A DNA stretch of 64,000 nt from Podarcis vaucheri (taxonomy: Eukaryota), in NCBI GenBank assembly GCA_965113315.1, contig OZ220366.1. One strand, written 5' to 3'. Position 1 is the first letter of the stretch. Every line of letters starts with the position of its first letter. Position numbers and translations under genes: made by a program. The notes beneath the pieces were generated by a model that worked only from the letters and a program-made list of their open reading frames with translations, had not been told where the DNA came from and searched no databases. Below, piece after piece: positions 30,401-40,418 of this stretch.

Positions 30401-33400
30401 GAGTTAAACAACAGGCAAACAGAGCAACTTCCAGAAGTGCTGATAGTACAACTCACAATATCTGTTCATTTTCTCATTTTCCCAGTGCTTCCCTTCCATT
30501 TCTGCACCTTATCCTAACCATTTCCAGCCGCTATAACATGATGTTGGGGGACCACAACTCTCAACCACTCCTGATCATTGGTCATACTGGCTGGGGGCTG
30601 ATGGGACGTGGGAGTCCAAGAACATCTGGAAGGCCACAAATTCCCTACCCCAAACTCATAATGTTGCAGTATTAAAATTAAAACTTCCACTATCAACCCC
30701 ACTAAATTTGAGCATAGAGTAGAAAGTACACAGGGCATGCTGAGAGAAGTCTTAGCTCCACTGAGCTATTTATGACATGGCTTTTTCAGTAGTTGCCCTA
30801 AGGATGTGGAATCCTTCACTTTTTCACACTTGTGGTGTTCCAGATGCTGTTGGATAATAGGTCCCATAATCCTTGACCATTTCCCATGCTGGCTGAGGAA
30901 AGTTGAAGTCCAACTATATTTGAAGGGCCACAGGTTCCCCACCCTTGGTTTATATACCTTGCTGGAAATGGTTTTGTTACACAAAGTCTTTGGTTCTTGA
31001 ATTTTTACCATATACTGAGCTTTTTAGTGGGTCGTTTTGAGTTTGGTTTTATCAAATAGTGTATGGTTGTATTTTGATTGTTTGTTACATACATTTTAAT
31101 GTCTTATTGTTTTTAATCTCATAAGCTACTTTGTGTCCATAGACAACAAAACAAGGTAAAATAATAAAATCAAAATCAAAGTTAAGGAAAACATCTCCTG
31201 GAAAGAAAGGCAGACAATTGCTTTGAACGGATACAATGATATAATTCAAATAACTTACTGCCATTCTTTCTGCTGTAAGCCATTCCTCCTCTTCGGGATT
31301 GCCATGCCGATGAGTGTAATATGACACACTAGATATCACCTTGTTAACTTCATTTAGTGCATTCATTTTTCCATTAAACGATGAAATTTGCAACAACCTG
31401 TGGAAAAATGTATGTATAAGAAAAGCAGAATCGGATACCAAACATAGAAAACACTGTAATCATAAAATAAAATAAAAGGCCTTACCTAAGTATCATTTTT
31501 AATCTAAATATTTCTAGGTTTTTTACAGTTTCCTCTTGCCCTGGAACTCTTGAGGCTAAGTTCTTTAGAGATTTGATTATCATTGACAAAGCATCATTTT
31601 TGGCTTCATTCTTGGCTTCTTTTTTCAGTTCATCATCAGTTAAGTTTTCTAAAAACTGTGGAACCATTTCTATAATTGGAAGGAAGTATTTCTTCACTGT
31701 ATGCAGTGTTAGAAACTCATAGCACTGTCCAAATGGTCTGGAGAGAGAAAAAACAGTATAAAAGGCTTAAAGTAGTATTAAGGAGAACCAGTATTTACTA
31801 AAAAAAAATACAAACCAGCAAATTAATGATTACCAGCCAAAATATTATCCCTCCCCACATTTTGCCATCCCATTAGCAGATGATGAATGTTGTTGTTTCC
31901 AGGTATTTTTGAGGGGCAATATGTGAATTGGATACCCCAAACCACCACTAACACTGGAGCTCCTCCTGGTGGCCACCATGTCCCCTCTACCCACTGAAGC
32001 AATGCTTTATGGCAGGCTGCCTCAAACTCGGTCCTCCAGGTGTTTTTGGTCTACAGCTCCCATGATCCCTAGCTAGCAGGACCAGTGGTCAGGGATGATG
32101 GGAACTGTAGTCTCAAAACATCTGGAGGGCTGAGTTTGAGGAAGCCTACTTTATGGTAACAAAGTGTCAAACTGACAGAGGGTACTGTGGGAAAATTAGT
32201 GCCCCTCTCCCCACTTGGACTCCCATTCTGCCCCAGAAGCCCCTGCCAGAATGACATCTCATGACATTGTTCCAAGGGCCTTTGTGAGTGTAAACAGTGG
32301 ACGTCAATAACTGAAAAAAGATCTTGCTGTGTCTCAACATCATTAATTTCATCCCAGATCTTGACCACTTCCATACTATTCAAGATAAATGTTCTCTACA
32401 AAGAGCTGAACTGCTAGCAAAATGGCTCTGGCTGAGTTTGTGTGTATCTCTCTTCCAAGAGCACTGGGGGTAAGGTTCCTAAGGTCCTTATACATACAAT
32501 TCTGCAAAATACACAGACGCAACTCCCTACTATATATGTAATATCCTCTTGCCTCAACTCATTACAATCCAGATGTGCCAAATTTTTCACACAAGAAACA
32601 ATAAAGGGTGTAGAAAGTTCAAATGGAATGGTGGTCCTCCACCAGGAACAGACGTAGCTCACCAAAGTTCCAGCATTCTATTCCAACAGCAAACTGCTAC
32701 TGGGGAAACTCTGAAACCTCACAACAAACCTTGGCTTTCATCAGTCTCATTGCCGTAATTTCCCATACATTATGGTTCCTAATTAAGGTTACTTGCCCAA
32801 AAGCTGAGCTTGCTAGATCAAAGCAAAGAAGAAAAATTAAGGTCTTCTGAAAGTGTGTAAGGTTCAAAGCTAATCTGTATGGTAATTAAGGTAGTTTTAT
32901 AAATCTTTGCTCCTAGACTGCAAACCCTAAATGACAAAATATCTATTTTTGAACAAATTGGCTCAAGGGATACTGTTATTCAGTTGATACATAGAAAAAG
33001 GACTCACTTGATGAGAGCTGCAATAATCTGAACATTCAATGCTGATCCGCTCATAAAACGATCGTGTAAGATCTGAAACCCATTCAACGTGCCAAACTTG
33101 TTGATGAGATCTACTAGCCAACCCTGCAAAACAATTTTTCCTGCTTTACATGTCATTCTACCAACACATATTTACATTGCAAAGAACAAGTCTTACTTTT
33201 GGTCACAATTAGAAGTAAATATACTCCTTTAACCATGATTATCCTCTCGTGTACTGTTAATCATTTCAAAATATTTTGCAAGTTGTGATAATACCAGCAA
33301 TTCAGTATTCTACTATTATAAAAGACAGGTATTTCTGAACAAGAGAGCTTTTATGCACAGTAATCTGTTATCTTCCGACAGAAATTAATACAAGATTTCC

Positions 33401-36400
33401 TTTTAGGTTAGAAACCAGAAGCGAATAGATTAATGGGGTGTGGGTGACAGTTTTAGTATATGGAGATCATCATAACAGGCCTCAGCCAAAAGCTATACAG
33501 TGGCACCTCTGGTTACGTACTTAATTCGTTCCGGAGGTCAATTCTTAACCTGAAACTGTTCTTAACCTGAAGCACCACTCTAGCTAATGGGGCCTCCTGC
33601 TGCCGCCACGCTGCTGCTGCGCGATTTCTGTTCTCATCCTGAAGCAAGGTTCTTAACCCAATGTAATATTTCTGGGTTAGCGGAGTCTGTAACCTGAAAC
33701 ATATGTAACCCGAGGTACCACTGTATTGACCTCCTTTTGAAGTTCCAGTCGTGTGAACTGAGACTTTCCAACACCTTGAGGCTCCAAGAGAGTTAGCCTT
33801 GAAACTAACATACCAATTTATACACTACAACGAAGTTAGCAAATTTCACAAATTTTAACTCCAACTTTTTTGGCTGTGATTTGATACATTTGCAACTACA
33901 GTCGTACCTTGGTTTTCAAACAACTTAGTTGTTGAACATTTTGTCTCGCAAACGCCGCAAACCCAGAAGTGACTGTTCCGATTTGCAAACTATTATTGGA
34001 AGCCGAACGTCTGATGGGGCTTCCACAGCTTCTGATTGGCTGCAGGAGCTTCCTGCAGTCAATCAGAAGCCGCGCTTTGGTTTTCAACCATTTTGGAAGT
34101 CAAACGGACTTTCGGAATGGATTCCGTTCAACTTCCAAGGTACAACTGTATATTAAGGCTAATGATACTTGGTTTACAAATCCTGGTTAAGACAGAAGCA
34201 TGTTTAGCATTAGCCAAGGTTTCACAGCAGATCTAATAAATAACCATGGTGAAATCTGGCAGAAAATAGTGAAGAGAATTCATTTTAAGATGAATATTTA
34301 AGATGATACCTAGTTCTGATTTGTGCCTAAGCACAATGCAGGCTATAGCACGTGTTTATGTGTCTACTGCTTTTATGACTTGATTAAGAATGCACTAGGA
34401 AACAGGGAGAGTATAGTTTCTGCTTCAGCTGGTTCTTACTTTTCCAACTTAGCAAAAAACCGAAGAGGCAAACCAATACCCTAGAAAACAACTGTCCAGA
34501 AATGTCTTAAGTGAGAATGATCACTGCTGCTTCAAAATTTCAAATCAACATACCTTTGGTGACCGCGGGTCTGGAGGACGAGCATAAAGTTCATCTTCAG
34601 CCAGCTGAACTCCAGCAGGAACAGTTTCAGAGGGACGTGTACCATTGTAAAGATGGAATTTGCAATGAGGATTTAAGGCCATTGCAAGAAGTTCAAGAAG
34701 AGGAAACCAATCTTGGGCCAGCTTTGCCACACAGAGTTCAACTAGGCGGTGAGTGTTGTTAATGATACATCTCTATTAAGAAAAAAATACTTTATATAAA
34801 CTTGCTTGATAGTGAAATTCCTTATCAGAGTAAAGAAAATTCTATAAACCCTTGTTGCATGAAATTTATTTCAAACCGTACAAATTTAAGCTACAGGAAT
34901 TATACAGTAAAAGTAACACAACAGTTTTCACAAGTGTCACAGGTAATTAACCAGTTTTTACCATACTGAAGCTGTTGACATAACGGATACATGAATGGGT
35001 AGCTAAAACAAACTTACATGAATCTCAAATTTCCAGCCACTCACTGCCTCATCTGTAAGGATTTTTGTGAAAGAGATTGTTAACCCATCTCGAAAAAATC
35101 GCTGACATGCTTCACTTTTAACATCAAGGCCTGTGTAAAAAGAGATCATCAAATAATTAAGTAGTCATACACTGACTACTAAATTACCAACAGTAAAACA
35201 TTCGGAAAATGCTTCAAAAGAAAGCTGTTTAATACATTTAATACTTATTATACTTTAACTAAACTGCATAAAACGTGAGTTAAATTTTCTTAACAACACT
35301 GCATAGACACTATATCCATGCAACGGTTTAACTACTGTTGATTATTTTTCTATGCATGTTCTTAGCCTTCAAGGTTGCAGGAAACACTACACTAGAGACA
35401 TTAAATGCCCAGAAGCTAGGAAGTCCCTATCAATAATATTGCAATAGCTAAAAGAAGTAGGGTTATCATTTTTAATATCCTTATTATTTATTTCCTCTCA
35501 ACCTTGCTTCTGTGCAACTCCTCTACCAGTCAGCCCCCAGCCAGCCTGCCCTTCTCTAACTTGCAATGGATCTGAAGGCAATTTAGACCTGAAACTGACT
35601 CCCAACATTGATTCTATTAGCTGAGCACTTTCTCCTGTGCTAATTCTTTAGAAATGCATCAAATCTTCCATCTGTAGTAACACAAATGATTTAAACTAAA
35701 ACCTGTAAAAATCCAATTGTCTTTTTATAATCTGTACAATTCCTATAAGATGGGTCACTATCATCATCTTCCCAAAGGTAGACAAGAACAAGCCGCTTGC
35801 CCAATACTGCCTACTGAGTTTAAATTTCAACCCATGGACTTTCCAAGTCATAGCTCACTCTCAGCCACTATGTTACAAGACTTCTTCAATTACTGAAATG
35901 CTGCTTAGATATACAAATGAAAGTTCTCCACCAAACCAAAAGAAAACATACTTTGAAATTGACCTGTTTACTCATTTAATTGAACACTATGGGCGTTCCC
36001 CTAGTTGCACAGGGTTTGTGTTCCAGGCCCCTGTGCACATAAGCGAAAATCACGTAAGTGCAGAGAACCTTCTAAAAAGCCTCTAAATGCCCGTTTTTTC
36101 CCAGCTCTCCAGCTCTCTCTTCCCACAACTCTTTCTTCAACTAGAGTTGAAGTACTAGGGCCAGCTGGAGGATGCACAGAAAAGCAGTGGCTGCTGCACT
36201 ACTGCACACATCAGCTTCTAAGCCTAGCAGCCTAAAAAAAGCTTTGCTGCGCCTCCAGTCTCTTTGGGGATTCCTCTGTCCCCAACGAAGTCCTCTTCAG
36301 GCACCAGGAGGGGTCCCTTGCAAGCCATAAGGACTCTCCAGCTCTCCCATTTCCTGGCTTGAATCTATTTATTTCTTTATCTCTCTGTATACACAGTCAA

Positions 36401-39400
36401 GTAGTTAGTAAAGCTAGCAATTCTAAATAAGGGATACCACTTTAGGTCACTGAGGTGATATACCCACTGTTCTTAAAAGTTTAATTTTTCAACTTACCTT
36501 TTTTACTAAGCTCAATAGCAGCTTCTAGAAGAACTTCTAACTCCCCTTTAGGCAATACAGGAACAACCCATCGAGGTCTAAGAAAACAGTAGAATATAAA
36601 ATTTCAATTTGACATGAAATCTAACTTTTCCCTTCAATGTTTTTCATCTGGAAAAGATAAAATAATCTGAGCCACAAATTAACACACAGCCTGAAAAATA
36701 TATATAAATACCTGTTAATCATGTCATCCAACTTGGCCAGGTCAGTGTGTGGAAATGCAGGCTCCTCATCTTCAAGCTGTGGTGGAGCATCACCCTGACC
36801 CTGTTCATCAGGGGGTGTGGCTGGGGAATTCTCATTTGAAGAATCAGGGGAAGAAGTCTGAATTAGAAAATACATAGTTAAGCAAACCACTCAAATACTG
36901 AAATTCTTGCAATAATTTTTAAAATTACGGAGTCATCATACAGTTTAATCAAGTTTTAAGGTATCCTTCTAATAACATTCAAAGGGTAGGCCTCTTTCCC
37001 CCTAACCTTTCAAGGGTAAATGTATCTCTTTCTTCATCATCTTTATGCTGCACTGGAGTTATTTCGCGCTTACATTTTAATCATATTTGTACTATGTGTT
37101 TTTAGTTTTCAACATACAATTCTGCAAATTTCCTTTCCCCTATGTACTAAATTTAATAGCTTTTCTAAATCACAACCCCCTCCAAAATCAAAACAGAAGC
37201 TTTGATATGGTCCTTCTGCTTCTAGGTCATAATTCTAACTCAGTAGCTGCCATGTGTGGTGGGGTAGAGCTGCAGACACAACCTCCTGACACCAGCATCA
37301 CTGCTACTTGACAGGGCAAAACAGCAGCAGGTTCAGGCCTGTGCAGGGAGCACTGGTGAGATCACACTGGTCTATCATGCACTACTGCAAATGTAATGAG
37401 TTCAACGCCTCTGTGCAATGTAATGCACAAATAACACAAGCAACACCCACAGCAGCCTGAAACCTATAAAACTCAAGTCTCAATCAGGTGCCCTCTGAGT
37501 CCTCCTGTAGGGAAAGCACTTTACATTCCAAGCATGATGAAGAAAAAAGCCACTTTCCACCAAGTTCTATTCTCAGGGATAGCAAACACAGTGCCCTCCA
37601 GAGGTTTTGGACTACAGCTCTTATCAGCCTAGCTAGCATAGTCAATGGAAGCCCAAAACATCTGGAGAGAAGAATGCTGACTACCCATGCTCTATTTGCT
37701 ACTGAGAACAGCACCAGTGAAAATCTATTCCAGTTGCCTGTTTCCTTGGCAATATTTACAATATTTTAATGTGAGCCAAGTATGTTCTAAAGTTCTCAAC
37801 TGAGCTGTAGGCTGCTCTTACAAAAGGAGAAAAAGCACATCAGCCAGCAACACTTTGACAATCTTCTCCTCATTGGAGACAACACATTCACAACATTGTG
37901 CAAACACCAACCGTGGAATTCAACATTAAGCTTTTCCAATTGTTCCATCTGTCTAAGCATTTAAGCTTACTAGGCAGAATGATACCTATCCCCTTTCCCT
38001 GTGCTGCTCTGGCACTTCTCCTGACCCACCCAGAGTTAATTTCAGGGGTGCAGGGAGGCACATGGGTAAGGGGAGAGGGGACAGACCCATTGTGCAAACT
38101 GAAGTTCTTGCACTGACAGGGCTCGTTAGAACTGCACCTCTAGCTTTCAGTGCTGCACTACATTTGGTAGCAACATCTCCTTGATGAACATCCACAAATC
38201 TATATTGCTTGGATGAGAAACATCTTACATCTTGTACTGACTGCCAATATGCTGAGAACAATGAAAGAACAGCAAAAGCAAGTTTGGATCAACACTCTTG
38301 GGATACAATGATCAAAAGAAAGTTGGGGGGGGGGAGAAATTACTTCAACTGGAGGATATGAGTTGGTGCAAGATCTCCAAGAAACTAATGTGATTATGTT
38401 CATGCAGCAAGAATACAAGAGCTCTGAACTACTCACACTCCTGTTATCACTGTGCATAAAGGAAGCATGTGTCAGCATGTAACACTATCATCAGAACAGG
38501 CCTCAAATAAAACCAGTTTTGTTCACCATGTGTGCAAAAAATAAAATCTCAAGTGCAACAAGCAAAACCATTTTTTTGCAGCAATTTCTGAGAAATCCCA
38601 ATCTAATCACTGGCTCTTTTCAGAATGGTTTTAAACAACTATATTTTCCTGAGCCGGATGAACAGAGTATATACCCAAACAACAATTTGTTTAATAAAAG
38701 CAGTAATTTAAGAAATAGCCTCTAGTATATGCAATTAATACATACAAGCTGTCACTTATCTGCTTACTTGTAACAACTTAAGAACACATTTAAACATTTG
38801 TGTGCAAACAGGCATGGAAGAGTTTGTGTATTCTCTCTCATTTACTATGCTTATTTGCTACAAATAGTTGTGTGGGTGGCAGGCAGCTTTTGTGAATTTA
38901 CAAAGCTACTGTAAACATCAGCAGTCCACCTGCTATAAGTGAAGTTAATTAACTGTACAAAACCTAGTGCTTCCAAAAGCAGCCATGGAAACCTTGTCTA
39001 TGTAAATAAAGCTTAATAACTATTACAATTCACTTCAACAATGATTCCCTTAGCAATTGTAATTTTATTCTACTATAGAATGTGACATTTCACTCATTTG
39101 GCAAGAAAAACAGGAGTTTTTTTATGCAGTGGAATAGCAGTTCAGAGACCTCAGAAGTCTAGCATCACTGTGAGGATGATCCTTGCCTTCTCCACAGCCC
39201 TAAGATTGGAAAGAAAGCTTGGAGGTTGTTTTATGCGTCAAAGTGCAGTGGCAACCTGGCACACCCCAGTGCAACCAGGTGCTGACATTTCTTCTTAGTG
39301 CATCTCAGAAGGCAACTGTTCAAATAACCAGTCCCAGCCATTTATTCTCCTCTAAACTGGATCCAGACCTGGGAACAGTACTCATACCTGAGCTTCTGAG

Positions 39401-39952
39401 GGAATCAGAGACCCAGAACAAGAGTAGGGAATCCCCACTCCCCTTTCCAAGCTGAAGAAGATGAAATGGGCTTGTTTTTGCAGAAAAGATCACACTAACT
39501 CCCTGTGTATCTCCAAGCTCAGAACTATGGGGTGACTGTACCCAACCTCATGCTGTATTACAGAGGGTACTACACAAGATCAGGACCAAAAAATGTTTAA
39601 TTAACAAGGCCAGCCAAAATATGTGGAATCTTGATTTAGAGTATCTAAATTTTTAAGACAAATATTCAAAGAGACTCTCACCATGCAAGGGGTTTGTAAA
39701 CAGGAAGTGCCCAGACCAACTTTACTGGAATTTATTTAATGTGGAAAGTAGAATTGAAGTGTATTGTTGCAAGATTAAGGTTAATTAGTGCTATCAATTG
39801 CAACTTTTGCTCAAAAATATCTAAATTTTGATTACTAATATGAATATCCACCATACCTGATTCTGCTGGAGAGGAGGCTGGGACTGTCCATCAGGAGCCT
39901 GGCCCTGGCTGTCGTTCCCTCCTACTGGAGAGCCACGGGTCGTGGCTGTCAT
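277..39952 (-). CDS. USP9X: USP9X (ubiquitin carboxyl-terminal hydrolase FAF-X), spliced CDS, coding exons 2-38; 3' end continues beyond window start
   Basis: Starts [23 protein letters not shown]. Contains USP Cys box [25 protein letters not shown], His box [16 protein letters not shown] and WYKFDD. 37 GT-AG exons join in a continuous frame (6562 nt). Confidence 0.98.
431..478. repeat. (ATT)16 microsatellite
   Basis: Perfect trinucleotide run in intron 37. Confidence 0.97.
797..1213. mobile_element. Degraded hAT-like MITE
   Basis: TIRs CAGGGGTGGGAA...TTCCCCACCCTG; TSD decayed. Confidence 0.5.
1320..1545 (-). CDS. USP9X: USP9X exon 37 (226 nt)
   Basis: [21 protein letters not shown]...PGPSSQ; CAG/GTATGC. 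Confidence 0.95.
1841..1964 (-). CDS. USP9X: USP9X exon 36 (124 nt)
   Basis: [40 protein letters not shown]; TAG/GTATAT. Confidence 0.95.
2527..3277 (-). CDS. USP9X: USP9X exon 35 (751 nt), USP His box
   Basis: [23 protein letters not shown]...GGHYYSY...WYKFDD...NPPP; TAG/GTTAGT. Confidence 0.97.
3555..3642. mobile_element. Palindromic hAT MITE, internally deleted copy
   Basis: TIRs CAGGCATGGCCAAAC / GTTTGGCCATGCCTG; same family as 32013-32148. Confidence 0.75.
3747..3888 (-). CDS. USP9X: USP9X exon 34 (142 nt)
   Basis: [47 protein letters not shown]; TAG/GTAACT. Confidence 0.95.
5100..5273 (-). CDS. USP9X: USP9X exon 33 (174 nt)
   Basis: [23 protein letters not shown]...QGCPH; TAG/GTAAGT. 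Confidence 0.95.
5926..6116 (-). mobile_element. tRNA-derived squamate SINE (Squam3-like)
   Basis: Minus strand begins GGAAGGGCCATAGCTGAGGGGTAAGAGCA (A box), has GGTTTGATCCC (B box), ends CAGCTTCCTGTGTTCCT. Confidence 0.75.
6329..6519 (-). CDS. USP9X: USP9X exon 32 (191 nt)
   Basis: [19 protein letters not shown]...[11 protein letters not shown]; AAG/GTAAAT. Confidence 0.94.
7172..7247. mobile_element. Inverted Penelope-like terminal remnant
   Basis: TCTTATGGCACTTTAAAGACTAACA ... TGCTAGTCTTTAAGGCGTTGTAAGA in inverted orientation; motif related to 44132-44339. Confidence 0.5.
7803..8023 (-). CDS. USP9X: USP9X exon 31 (221 nt), catalytic Cys box
   Basis: [40 protein letters not shown]...KQDNE; TAG/GTAACA. 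Confidence 0.97.
8961..9183 (-). CDS. USP9X: USP9X exon 30 (223 nt)
   Basis: [24 protein letters not shown]...GTAIT; CAG/GTAAGT. Confidence 0.95.
10216..10362 (-). CDS. USP9X: USP9X exon 29 (147 nt)
   Basis: [21 protein letters not shown]...ANLIK; TAG/GTAAGT. Confidence 0.95.
10561..10707 (-). CDS. USP9X: USP9X exon 28 (147 nt)
   Basis: [23 protein letters not shown]...DWLKRIR; CAG/GTAAGT. Confidence 0.95.
12066..12174 (-). CDS. USP9X: USP9X exon 27 (109 nt)
   Basis: [36 protein letters not shown]; CAG/GTAAGG. Confidence 0.95.
13112..13278 (-). CDS. USP9X: USP9X exon 26 (167 nt)
   Basis: [26 protein letters not shown]...LLLHCHS; CAG/GTAAGT. Confidence 0.95.
13575..13655 (-). mobile_element. 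L2-type LINE 3' terminus
   Basis: TTTATATCCCGCCCATCTGGCTGGGTTTCCCGAGCCACTCTGGGCAGCTTACAAC, a common lizard L2-like 3' end (recognised from memory). Confidence 0.55.
14142..14267 (-). CDS. USP9X: USP9X exon 25 (126 nt)
   Basis: [42 protein letters not shown]; TAG/GTAAGA. Confidence 0.95.
14810..14935 (-). CDS. USP9X: USP9X exon 24 (126 nt)
   Basis: [42 protein letters not shown]; CAG/GTTAGT. Confidence 0.95.
15139..15417 (-). CDS. USP9X: USP9X exon 23 (279 nt)
   Basis: [14 protein letters not shown]...TSPMSQ; CAG/GTAACG. Confidence 0.95.
15594..15806. mobile_element. TA-flanked pogo/Tigger-like MITE
   Basis: TA|CAGTCATACCTC...GAGGTAGCACTG|TA. Confidence 0.85.
15905..16035 (-). CDS. USP9X: USP9X exon 22 (131 nt)
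   Basis: [18 protein letters not shown]...VLYLTE; CAG/GTTTGT. Confidence 0.94.
16523..16643 (-). CDS. USP9X: USP9X exon 21 (121 nt)
   Basis: [40 protein letters not shown]; TAG/GTAAGA. Confidence 0.95.
16743..16892 (-). CDS. USP9X: USP9X exon 20 (150 nt)
   Basis: [29 protein letters not shown]...CLPGV; CAG/GTAAGT. Confidence 0.95.
17123..17363 (-). CDS. USP9X: USP9X exon 19 (241 nt), ubiquitin-like domain
   Basis: [38 protein letters not shown]...LKDKT; CAG/GTAAGT. Confidence 0.95.
17923..18134 (-). CDS. USP9X: USP9X exon 18 (212 nt)
   Basis: [20 protein letters not shown]...ILPMS; TAG/GTTTGT. Confidence 0.94.
18530..18625 (-). CDS. USP9X: USP9X exon 17 (96 nt)
   Basis: [32 protein letters not shown]; TAG/GTAAAA. 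Confidence 0.95.
19380..21000 (-). mobile_element. Degraded, internally deleted L2-clade LINE
   Basis: Minus-strand remnants of endonuclease (LGDFKIHAD ~20950-20977), RT (DDTQL ~20270-20287) and C-terminal [12 protein letters not shown]...[10 protein letters not shown]...GPGYLKDHL. Confidence 0.8.
21487..21856 (+). mobile_element. Full-length Sauria SINE with 12-bp TSD
   Basis: GGGACGCGGGTGGCACTGTGGG head, B box GGTTCGAATCCC, (ACCTTT)n tail; TSD TACAACTTGAGT at 21475-21486 and 21857-21868. Confidence 0.95.
21894..22236 (-). CDS. USP9X: USP9X exon 16 (343 nt)
   Basis: [22 protein letters not shown]...LDYLWR; TAG/GTAAGT. Confidence 0.96.
22401..22983. mobile_element. Non-autonomous Tc2/pogo-like DNA transposon
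   Basis: TA|CCGTATTTTTCGCTCTATAGG...CCTATGGAGCAAAAAATACGG|TA; GC-rich interior with internal repeats. Confidence 0.88.
24456..24543 (-). CDS. USP9X: USP9X exon 15 (88 nt)
   Basis: [28 protein letters not shown]; CAG/GTTGGT. Confidence 0.93.
25123..25256 (-). CDS. USP9X: USP9X exon 14 (134 nt)
   Basis: [19 protein letters not shown]...MRQYAK; CAG/GTGAGT. Confidence 0.95.
26085..26221 (-). CDS. USP9X: USP9X exon 13 (137 nt)
   Basis: [45 protein letters not shown]; AAG/GTGAGA. Confidence 0.95.
27097..27303 (-). CDS. USP9X: USP9X exon 12 (207 nt)
   Basis: [28 protein letters not shown]...YSCSQ; TAG/GTAAAT. Confidence 0.95.
27713..28115 (-). mobile_element. CR1 LINE 3' fragment (degraded)
   Basis: Resembles reptile CR1 3' UTR/ORF2 end (TTTTAAAATCATCCAAATTGGTGGTCATC); related piece at ~11245-11385. 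Confidence 0.6.
28595..28699 (-). CDS. USP9X: USP9X exon 11 (105 nt)
   Basis: [35 protein letters not shown]; AAG/GTAAGC. Confidence 0.94.
29824..29976 (-). CDS. USP9X: USP9X exon 10 (153 nt)
   Basis: [25 protein letters not shown]...NIWAAQ; TAG/GTAGGG. Confidence 0.95.
31259..31397 (-). CDS. USP9X: USP9X exon 9 (139 nt)
   Basis: [19 protein letters not shown]...AERMA; CAG/GTAAGT. Confidence 0.95.
31486..31737 (-). CDS. USP9X: USP9X exon 8 (252 nt)
   Basis: [20 protein letters not shown]...LKMIL; CAG/GTAAGG; followed by an 88-nt intron. Confidence 0.95.
32013..32148. mobile_element. Palindromic hAT MITE with 8-bp TSD
   Basis: TSD CTTTATGG at 32005-32012 and 32149-32156; element almost fully self-complementary. 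Confidence 0.9.
33008..33123 (-). CDS. USP9X: USP9X exon 7 (116 nt)
   Basis: [38 protein letters not shown]; CAG/GTGAGT. Confidence 0.95.
33498..33723 (+). mobile_element. TA-flanked pogo/Tigger-like MITE, family A
   Basis: TA|CAGTGGCACCTC...GAGGTACCACTG|TA; homologous to 41149-41357 (inverted) and 63515-63723. Confidence 0.92.
33899..34148. mobile_element. TA-flanked pogo/Tigger-like MITE
   Basis: TA|CAGTCGTACCTTGG...CCAAGGTACAACTG|TA. Confidence 0.9.
34554..34772 (-). CDS. USP9X: USP9X exon 6 (219 nt)
   Basis: [24 protein letters not shown]...PDPRSPK; TAG/GTATGT. Confidence 0.95.
35018..35130 (-). CDS. USP9X: USP9X exon 5 (113 nt)
   Basis: [37 protein letters not shown]; CAG/GTAAGT. Confidence 0.95.
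35988..36441 (-). mobile_element. Older Tigger-like MITE (~450 bp), inverted relative to 53550-53986
   Basis: Shares reverse-complement blocks, e.g. GCAGAAAAGTGGCTGCTGCTACTGCACACA and TGTTCCAGGCCCC; ends approximate. Confidence 0.65.
36498..36577 (-). CDS. USP9X: USP9X exon 4 (80 nt)
   Basis: [26 protein letters not shown]; TAG/GTAAGT. Confidence 0.95.
36712..36857 (-). CDS. USP9X: USP9X exon 3 (146 nt)
   Basis: [16 protein letters not shown]...LDDMIN; CAG/GTATTT. Confidence 0.95.
39857..39952 (-). CDS. USP9X: USP9X exon 2, coding part (96 nt, start codon)
   Basis: AGTATGA start; [32 protein letters not shown]; CAG/GTATGG donor. Confidence 0.96.
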
Positions 39953-40110
39953 ACTCGAAACAGGGCAGATTTTTGCAATTTTGTCTGCTTATGTAGTTGT
40001 TGAGAGAGAAAAACTTATAGTCCGCTTAATAAAGTTGAAGTACCAGCATATGTCTGTTTTAAAAAGCTCCAACTCAAGAACAAGCCATCTTGCAGAGACC
40101 ATTGCATAAC
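39953..40110 (-). other. USP9X: USP9X exon 2, 5'-UTR part (158 nt)
   Basis: Acceptor TCTCTTTCAG|GTTATGCAATGG at 40110; resembles the mammalian USP9X leader as I recall it. Confidence 0.85.
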
Positions 40111-40231
40111 CTGAAAGAGATACATTCAAACATTTAATTTTGTTTTAAACTTTTTTGAACATGCAAATACAAACAGCCCCATTTAAAGAACTTCCTGCCC
40201 CACACATAAATCTAACTCAGAATTACAAATG

Positions 40232-40418
40232 GCCTGGTTCCCAATTGGGAGTCTGTGGACCCCAGGGAGTCCATGCAACCCACTCAGGGGAGCTATGGCA
40301 CCATTCACATAACAAAAAACACCAGAGATAATATCAACATTTTAAAATGTAAGGGGGTCCATGGCTTGGCTTTTGAAAAACAGGGGGTCCTCAGTACTTA
40401 GCTAATTAGGAACCACTG
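40232..40418. mobile_element. hAT-Charlie-like MITE
   Basis: TGGTTCCCAA...TTAGGAACCACTG termini; GGGGTCC subterminal motifs. Confidence 0.6.

Noticed and set aside
277-39952. Calling the gene USP9Y, USP24 or a pseudogene, or inferring X-linkage
   Set aside because: The sequence matches USP9X with an intact frame and canonical introns. USP9Y is mammal-specific, and chromosome identity cannot be read from this window.
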